Assembly: GCF_009914755.1 (NCBI RefSeq)
Contig: NC_060940.1
Source: the human T2T-CHM13v2.0 reference genome, Homo sapiens
DNA: 64,000 nucleotides
Reading direction: 5' to 3' (one strand)
Part shown: positions 55,001 to 64,000 of the stretch, one piece after another
Layout: the number at the start of each line of letters is the position of its first letter
Numbering within the stretch: position 1 is the first letter of the stretch
The notes under the pieces: generated by a model
Told to the model about the DNA's origin: nothing
Seen by the model: the letters and a program-made list of their open reading frames with translations, nothing else
Database searches by the model: none
Program-made: the position numbers and the translations under genes

Positions 55001-58000
55001 GCAGATTCTACAAAAAGAGTGTTTCAAAACTGGTCTATCAAAAGAAAGGTTTAACCCTGTGGGATGAATGCTCACATCACAAAGAATATTCTGAGAATGC
55101 TTCTGTCTAGTTTTTATCTGAAGTAATTTTGATTTCTAACATAGGCCACAAAGGGAACCAAATATCACCTAGCAGATTCTACAGAAAGAGTGTTTCAAAA
55201 CTGCTCTATCAAAAGAAATGTTCAACTCTGTTAGTTGAGTACACACATCACAAACAAGTTTCTGAGAATGCTTCTGTCTAGTTTTTATGGGAAGAGATTT
55301 CCTTTTTCACCATGGGCCTCAATGCACTCCAAATATCCACTTGCAGATTCTAAAAAAGAGTGTTTCATAACTTCTCTATCAAAAGAAATATTCAGGTCTG
55401 TGAGTTGAATGCACACAACACAAAGAAGTTTCTGAGAATGCTTCTGTCTAGTTTTTATGTGGGGATATTCCCTGTTCAATCATAGTCTTCAAAGTGCTCC
55501 AAATATCCACTTGCAGCTTTTAAATAAGAGTGTTTCAAAACTGCTCTATCAAAAAAAAATTTGAACTCTGAGAGTTGAATGCACACATTCCAAAGAAGTT
55601 TCTGAGAATGCTTCTGTCTAGTTCTTATGTGAAGATATTTCAATTTCCACCATAGGCCTGAAATGGAACCAAATATCCAATTGCAGATTCTACAAAAAGA
55701 GTGTTTCAAAACTAGTCAATCAAAAGAAGGGTTCAACCCGGTGGGATGAATGCTCATATCACAAAGAAGATTCTGAGAATGCTTCTATCTAGCTTTCATG
55801 TGAAGTTATTACGATTTCCAACATAGGCCTCTAAGGGAACAAAATATCCCCTAGCAGATTCTACAAAAAGAGTGTTTCAAAACTGCTATATCAAAAGAAA
55901 GTTCCAACTCTGTGAGTTGAATGCACACATCACAAAGAAGTTTCTGAGAATGCTTCTGTCTAGTTTTTATGTGAAGATATTTCCTTTTCCACTATAGGCC
56001 TCAAAGCGCTCCAAATATCCACTTCTGGATTCTACAAAAAGAGTGTTTAAAAACTGCTTTATGAAAAGAAATGTTCAACTCTGTGAGTGGAATGCACACA
56101 TCGCCAAGAAGTTTCACAGAGTGCTTCTGTCTAGTTTTTATGTGTAGATATTTCGTTTTTCAACATAGGCCTCAAAGAGAACAAAATATCCACTTGCAGA
56201 TTCTACAAAAAGAGTGTTTCAAAGCTGCTCTATCAAAAGAAAGATTCAACTCTGTAAGTTGAATGTGCACATCACAAATAGGTTTCAGAGAATGATTCTG
56301 TCTAGTTTTTATGTGAAGATAATTTCTTTTCCACCATAGGTCTCAAAGCGCCCCAAATATCCACTTCAGATAGCACAAAAAGAGTGTTTCTAAATTGCTC
56401 TATCAAAAGAAAGGTTCAATGCTGTGAGTTGAATACACACATCACAAAGAAGTTTATGAGAATGCCTCTGTCTAGTTTTTATTTGAAGATATTTCCTTTT
56501 CAACCACAGGCCTCAAAGCGCTACAAATATCCACATGCAGATTCTACAAAGAGATTGTTTCAAACCTACTCTATCAAAAGAAAGTTTCAACTCTGTGAGT
56601 TTTATCCACACATCACAAAGAAGCTTCTGAGAATGCTTCTGTCTAGTATTTATGTGAAGATATTTTGTTTTGCAACACAGGCTTCAAAGGTAACAAAATA
56701 TACAGTTTCAGATTATACAAAAAGAGTCTTTCAAAACTGCTGTATCAAAAGAAGGGTTCAACTCTGTCAGTTGAATGCACACATCACAATAAGGTTTGGG
56801 AGAATGTTTCTCTCTAGTTTTTATATCAAAATATTTCCTTTTCCAACACTGGCCTCAAACCGCTCCATATATCCCTTGCAGAACTTACAAAACCGTGTTT
56901 CAAAACTGCTCTATCAAAAGAAAATTTCAACACTGTGAGTTGAATGCACACATCACAAAGAAGTTTCGCAGAATTCTTCTGTCTAGTTTTTATGTGAAGA
57001 TATTTCCTTTTCCACCTTAGGCCTCAAAGCGCTCCATATATCCTCTTGCACATTTCACAAAAAGAGTGTTTCTAAACTGCTCTATCAAAAGAAAAGTTCA
57101 ACACTGTGAATTGAATGCACACAAATCCAAGGAAATTTCGGAGAACACTTCAGTCTAGTTTTCATGTGAAGATATTTCCTTTTCAACCATAGGCCTCAAA
57201 GCGCTCCAAATATCCACTTGCAGATTTTACAAAAAGAGTGTTACAAAACGGCTCTGTCAAAGGAAAGTTTCAACTCTGAGTTGAATGCCCCCATCAGAAA
57301 GATGTTTCTGAGAATGCTTCTGTCGGTCTTTTATTTGAACATATTTCCTTTTCAACCATAGGCCCCAAAGCGTTTCAGATATCCTTTTCAGATTCTACAA
57401 AAAGAGTGTTTTAAAACTAGTATATCAAAAGAAATGTTCAACTCTGTGAGTTGAATGCACGCATCACAAAGAAGTTTCTGAGAATGCTTCTGTCTAGTTT
57501 TTATGTGAAGATATTTGGTTTTCCATTATAGGCCTCAAAGGGAAGAACATATCCAAAGGAGATTCTACAAAAAGTGTGTTTCAAAACTGCTCTATCAAAA
57601 GAAAGGTTCAACTGTGTCAGTTGAATGCACACATCACGGATAAGTTTCTCAGAATGCTTCAGTGTAATTTTTATGTGAAGATATTTCCTTTTCCACTGTA
57701 GGCCTCAAAGCGCTCCAAATATCCACTTGCAGATTCTGCAAAAAGAGTGTTTCAAAACTGCTCTATCAAAAAAAAGGTTCAACTCTGTGAGTTGAATGCA
57801 CACATCACAAAAAAGTTTCTGAGAATGCTTCTGTATAGTTTTTATATGAAGTTATTTCATTTTCCACCATAGGCCAAAAAGGGAACAAAATATCCACTTG
57901 CAGATTATACTAAAATAGTTTTTCAAAACTGCTTTATCAAAAGAAGGGTTCAACTCTGTGAGTTGAATGCACACTTCACAAAGAAGTTTCGGAGTATGCT

Positions 58001-59720
58001 TCTGTCTAGTTTTTATGTGAAGATATTTCCTTTTCCACCTGAGCCTCAAAGCGCTCCATATATCTTCTTGCAGATTTTACAAAAAGAGTATTTCAAAACT
58101 GCTCTATCTAAAGAAAGGTTCAACACTATGAGTTGAATGCACACATCACAAAGCAGTTTCGGAGAACACTTCTGCCTAGTTTTCATGTGAAGATATTTCC
58201 TTTTCCACCATAGGCCTCAAAGCACTCCAAATATCCACTTGGAGATTCTACAAAAAGACTGTCTCAAAACTTCTCTATCAAAAGAAAGTTTCAACTCTGT
58301 GTGTTGAATGCACACATCACAAAGAAGTTTCTGAGAATGCTTCTGCCTAGTTTTTATTTGAATATATTTCGTTTTCCAACACAGGCCTCAAAGGGAACTA
58401 AATATCAACTTGCAGATTCTAGAAAAAGAGTGTTTGAAAACTGCTCTATCAAAAGAAAGTTTCAACTCTGTGAGTTGAATGCATACATCACAAAGAAGTT
58501 TCTGAGAATGCTTCTGTCTAGTTTTTATGTGACGATTTTGCCTTTTCCACCATAGGCCTCAAAGTGCTCCAAATATCCACTTTGAGATACTACAAAAAGA
58601 GTGTTTCAAAACTAGTGTATCAAAATAAATGTTCAACTCTGTGAGTTGAATGGACACATCATAATGAAGTTTCTGAGAATGCTTCTCTCTAGTTTTTATA
58701 TGAAGATATTTCCTTTTCCAACATAGGCCTCAAAGGGAACCAAATGTCCACTTGCAGATTCTACAGGAAGAATGTTTCAAAGTGCTCTACCAAAAGAAAA
58801 GTTCAAGTCTGTGAGGTGAATGCACCCATAAAAAAGAAGTTTCAGAGAATGCTTCAGTCTACTTTTTTGTGAAGATATTTTGTTTTCCAACACAGGCCTC
58901 AAAGGAAAGGAAATATCTACTTGCAGATTCTGCAAATGAATGTTTCAAAACAGCTCTATCAAAAGAAAGGTGCAACTCTGTGAGTTGAATGCACACACAA
59001 AAAAGAAGTTACTGAGAATGTTTCTGTCTAATTTTTTGGTCAAGTTATTTCCTTTTCCACCATAGGCCTCAAAGCGCTACAAATATCCACTTGCTGATTC
59101 TACAGAAAGAGTGTTTCAAAAAAGCTCTACAAAAAGAAAGGTTCAACTCTGTGAGGTGAATGCACACATCACAAAGAAGTTTCTCAGAATGCTTCAGTGT
59201 AATTTTTATGTGAAGATATTTCCTTTTCCACCATAGGCCTCAAAGCGCTCCAAATATCCAATTGCAGTTTCTACAAAAAGAGATTTTAAAAACTGCTCAA
59301 TCAAAAGAAAGGTTCAACTCTGTGAGTTGAATGCACACATCACAAAGAAGTTTCTGAGAATGCTTATGTCTAGTTTTCATGTGAAGATTTTTCCTTTTCC
59401 CCCATAAGCCTCAAAGCGTTCCAAGTATGCATTTGAAGATTGTGCAAAATGAGTGTTTCAAAACTGCTGTATCAAAAGAAAGATTCAACACTGTGAGTTC
59501 AATGCACACATCACAAAGAAGTTTCTGAGAATGCTTCTGTCTAGTTTTTATGTGTAGATATTTCCTTTTCCACCATAGACCTCAAAGATCTCCAAATATC
59601 CACGTGCAGTTTCTTCAAAAAGAGTGTTTCAAAACTGCTCTATCAAAAGAAAGGTTCAACTCTGTGAGTAAAATACACACATCACAAAGAAGTTTCTGAG
59701 AATGCCGCTGTTTAGTTTTT
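52031..59720 (-). repeat. Divergent alpha satellite, class X, with older multi-monomer duplications
   Basis: Class X signature; paralogous segments at offsets 2728 and ~2215. Confidence 0.92.
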
Positions 59721-62700
59721 ATTTGAAGATATTACCTTTTCCACCATAGGGCACAAAGGGCTCCAAACATCCATTTGCAAATTCTACAAAAAGAGAGATC
59801 CTAAACTGCTCAATGGAAAGATAGGTTTAACTCCGTTAGTTGAATGCACACATCACAAAGAAGTTTCTCAGAATACTTCTGCATAGTTTTTATGTGAAGA
59901 TATTTCCTTTTCCACTATAGGCCTTAAAGGGCTCCAATTATCCACTTGCAGATTCTACAAAAAGAGTGTTTCAAGCCTGCTCAATCAAAATAAATATTCA
60001 ACTCTGTGAGGTGAATGCACTCCTCACCAAGAAGTTTCTCAGAATGCTTCTGTGTAGTTTTTATATAAAGATATTTCCTTTTCCACAATAGGCCTCAAAG
60101 GGCTACAAATACCCACTTGCAGATTCTATAAAAAGTGTGTTTCAAAACTGCTCAATCAAAAGAAAGCTTCAACTCTGTGAGATGAATGCACACATCAGAA
60201 AAAAGTTTCTCAGAATGCTTCTGTCTAGTTTTTATGTGAAGATATTTCCTTTTCCACCATAGACCTCAAAGTGCTCCAAATATCCACTGGCAGATTCTAC
60301 AAAAAGAGTGGTTCAAAACTGCCATATCAAAAGAAACGTTCAACTCTGTGTGTTGAATGCCCGCATTGCAAAGAAGTTTCTGTGAATGCTTCTGTCTAGT
60401 TTTTATATGAAGATATTCCTTTTCCACCATAGGCCTCAAAGCGCTCCAAATATCCACTTGCAGATTCGGCAAAAAGAGAGATTCAAAACTGCTCAATCAT
60501 AACATATGTTCAACCTCGTGAGGTGAATGCACCCATCACAAAGAAGTTATTCAGAATGCTTCAGTGTAGTTTTCATGTGAAGATATTTGCTTTTCCACAG
60601 TAGGCCTCAAAGAGCTCCAAATATCCACCTGCAGATTCTGCAAAAAGAGAGATTCAAAACTGCTCAATCAAAAGATGGGTTCAACTCTGTCAGTTGAATG
60701 AATACATCACAAAGAACTTTCTCTGAATGATTCTATGTAGCTTTTATTTGAAGATATTTCCTTTTCCACAATAGGGTGCAAAGGGCTCCAAATATCCACT
60801 TGCAGATTCTACAAAAAGAGAGATTCAAAAATGCTCAAGGAGAAGATAAGTTCAACTCTGTGAGTTGAATGTACACCTCACAAAGAAGTTTTTCAGAATG
60901 CTTCCGTGTAGTTTTAATGTGAAGATATTTCCTTTTCCACATTCGGCCTCAAAGCTTTCCAAACTTCCACTAGCAGGTTCTGCAAAAAGAGAGATTCAAA
61001 ACTGCTCAATCAAAAGACAGGTTCAACCCTGTGAGTTGCTTACACACATCACAAAGTTGTTTCCCAAAATGCCTCTGTGTAGTTTTTATGTGAACATATT
61101 TGATTTTCCACAGTACGCCTCACAACGCTCCAAATATCCACCTGCAGATTCTACAAAAAGAGAGATTCAAAATGTTTAATGAAAAGATAGTTTCAACCCT
61201 CTGAGTTGAATGCACACATCATGAAGAAGTTTCTGAGAATGCTTCTGTGTAGTTTTTATTTGAAGATATTTCATTTTCCACCATAGGGCACAAAGGGCTC
61301 CAAATAACCACTTGCAGATTCTACAAAAAGAGAGATCCTAAATTGCTCAATGAAAAGATAGGTTCAACTCTGTTAGGTGAATGCACCCATCATAAAGAAG
61401 TTTCTCAGAATATTTCTGAGTAGATTTTATGTGAAGATATTCCCTTTTCAAAAATGGACCTCAAGGGGCTCCAATTATCCACTTGCAGATTCTTCAAAAA
61501 GAGTGTTTCAAACCTGCTCAATCAAAAGAAATCTTCAACAGTGTGAGGTGAATGCACTCATCACCAAGAAGTTTCTCAGAATGCTTCTGTGTAGTTTTTA
61601 TGTAAAGATATTACCTTCTCCACAGTAGGCCTCAAAGGGCTACAAATACTCACTTGCAGATTCTACAAAAAGTGTGTTTCAAAACTGATCAATCAAAAGA
61701 AAGGTCCAACTCTTTGAGATGAATGCACACATCACAGAAAAGTTTTTCAGAATGCTTCTGTGTAGTTTTTATCTGAAGATAGTTGCTTTTCCATGGTAGG
61801 CCAAAAAGCACACCAAATATCCACTTGCAGAATCTACAATAAGAGTGTGTCAAAACTGGTCAATCATAAGATAGGTTTGACCCCGTGAGATGAATGCGCA
61901 CTTCACAAAGAAGTTTCTCTGAATGTTTCTGTGCAGTTTTTATTTGAAGATATTTCCTTTCCCACCATAGGCCGCAAAAGGCTCCAAATATCCGCTTGCA
62001 GATTTGGCAAAAAGAGAGATTGAAAACTATTCAGTCAAAAGATAGGTTCAACTCTGTGAGTTGAATGCAAACATCCCAGAAATGTTTCTCAGAATGCTTC
62101 TGTGTAGTTTTTACGTGAAGATATTTCCTTTTCCACCATAGGGTGCAAAGGGCTCCAAATATCCACTTGCAGATTCTACAAAACGGAGATTCAAAACTGC
62201 TCAATGAGAAGATAATTCAACTCAGTGAGTTCAATGCACACCTCACAAAGAAGTTTCTCAGAATGCTTCTGTGTAGTTTTTATGTGAAGATATTTGCTTT
62301 TCCACAGTAGGCCTCAAAGCTCTCCAAACATCCACTTGCAGATTCTGCAAAAAGAGAGATTCAAAACTGCTCAATCAGAAGATGGGTTCAACTCTGTGAG
62401 TTGAATGCATACATCACAAAGAAGTTTCTCTGAATACTTCTGTGTAGTTTTTATGTGAAGATATTTCTTTTTCCACAGTAGGCCTCAAAGGGCTCCAAAT
62501 ATCCACTTGTAGTTTCTACAAAAAGACTGTTTCAATCTTGCTCAATCAAAAGAAAGTTTCAACTGTGTGCGATGAGTGCACACATCCCCAGGAAGATTCT
62601 CACAATGCTTCTGTGTAGTTTTTATCTGAAGATATTTGCTTTTCTGCAGTAGGCCTCAAAGGGCTCCAAATATCCAGTTGTGGATTCTACAAAAACAGTG

Positions 62701-64000
62701 TTTCAAACTGCTCAATCACAAGATAGGTTCAAACCTGTGAGATGAATGCACTCATCACAAAGAAGTTTCTCAGAATGTTTCTGTCTAGTTTTTATTTGAA
62801 GATATTTCCTCTTCCACCATAGGCTGCAAATGGCTCCATATATCCACCTGCAGATTCTGCAAAAAGAGAAATTCAAAACTGCTCAATCAAAAGATAGGTT
62901 CAACTCTGTGAGATGAATGCACACATCACAAAGAAGTTTCTCAGAATGCTTCCGTGTAGTTTTTATTTGAAGATTTTTTTTTCCACAAGCTGTGATGTGA
63001 ACGCACACATCACAAAGAAGTTGCTCAGAATACTTCTTTCTAATTTTTATGTGAAGATATTTCCTTTTCCACCACAGTCCTCCAGGTGCTCTAAATAGCC
63101 ATTTGCAGATTCCACAAAAAGAGTATTTCAAACCTTGTCATTCAAAAGAAATTTCAACTCCGGAAGATGAATGCACACATCACAAAGCAGTCTCTCAGAG
63201 TGCTTCTATCTAGTTTTTATGTGAAGACATTTCCTTTTCTACCATTGGCCACAAAGCACTAAAAATGTGCACTTGCAGATTCTACAAAAAGAGTGTTTCC
63301 ATACTGCTCTATCAAAAGAAAGTTTTAACTCTGTTTGATGAATGCACACATCGCAAAGAAGTTTCTCAGCTTGCTTCTATCTATATTTTATGTGAAAATA
63401 TTTCCTTTTCCACCAAAGGCCGCAAAGTGCTCCAAATGTCCACTTGCAGATTCTACAAAAGGAGTGTTTCCAAACTGCTCAATCAAAAGAAAGTTTCAGC
63501 TCACACATCACAAAGAAGTTTCCCAGAATGCTTCTGTCTATTTTTTTTGTGAAGATATTTCCTTTTCCACCATAGGCCTCAAAGCACTCCAAATATGCAC
63601 TTGCAAATTCTACAAAAAGAGAGTTTCAAAACTGCTCAAAGAAAAGAAAGGTTTAACTCTGTGAGATGAATGCACACATCACAAAGAAGTTTCTAGGATT
63701 GCTTCTGTCTAGATTTTATGTGAACATATTTCCTTTTCCAAAATTGGCTGCAAAGCGCTCCAAATGTCCACTTGCAGATACTACAAAAAGAATGTTTCCA
63801 AACTGCTCAATCAAAAGAAAGTTTCAACTCTGTGAGATGAACACATGCATCATGAAGGATTTTCTGAGAATTATTCTGTCTAGATTTCATGTGAAGATAT
63901 TTCCTTTTAGACCTGAAGCCTCAAAGTGCTCCAAATGTCCACTTGCAGATTCCACAAAAGGAGAGTTTTAAAACTACTCTATCAAAAGAAAGGTTAACCT
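59721..64000 (-). repeat. Divergent alpha satellite, mainly class Y, with a different monomer type after ~63000
   Basis: Class Y motifs to ~62990 with a short X-like patch at ~60220-60460. The last ~1 kb shows AAATGTCCAC / GTTTCCAAACT / AAGTTTCAA variants. Confidence 0.88.

Overview
Primate, most likely human, pericentromeric heterochromatin with no protein-coding genes. About 93% of the window is ~171-bp alpha satellite, all in one orientation (reverse complement of the conventional consensus). Nearly all monomers are A-type (pJalpha-box-like); I found one intact CENP-B box, at 624-640. Three LINE-1 pieces interrupt the array: two 5'-truncated, 5'-inverted (twin-primed) L1PA2/L1PA3-like insertions with target-site duplications (TSDs) at 1726-3798 and 21062-23542, and an ~85-bp internal ORF2 fragment with no tail at 17219-17303. 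Two monomer classes alternate in blocks, and one of them keeps an ordered ~9-monomer cycle that looks like a decayed higher-order repeat (HOR). The most notable structure is a young low-copy HOR at ~28210-52030: a 4776-bp (28-monomer) unit in ~3.3 near-identical copies, flanked by diverged 30-monomer (5116-bp) relatives, with shared variants in a 9552-bp phase. All satellite ORFs in the track are spurious. I see no evidence of a new gene system; the interest lies in satellite evolution and retrotransposition scars. Coordinates and mismatch counts were read by eye and are approximate.
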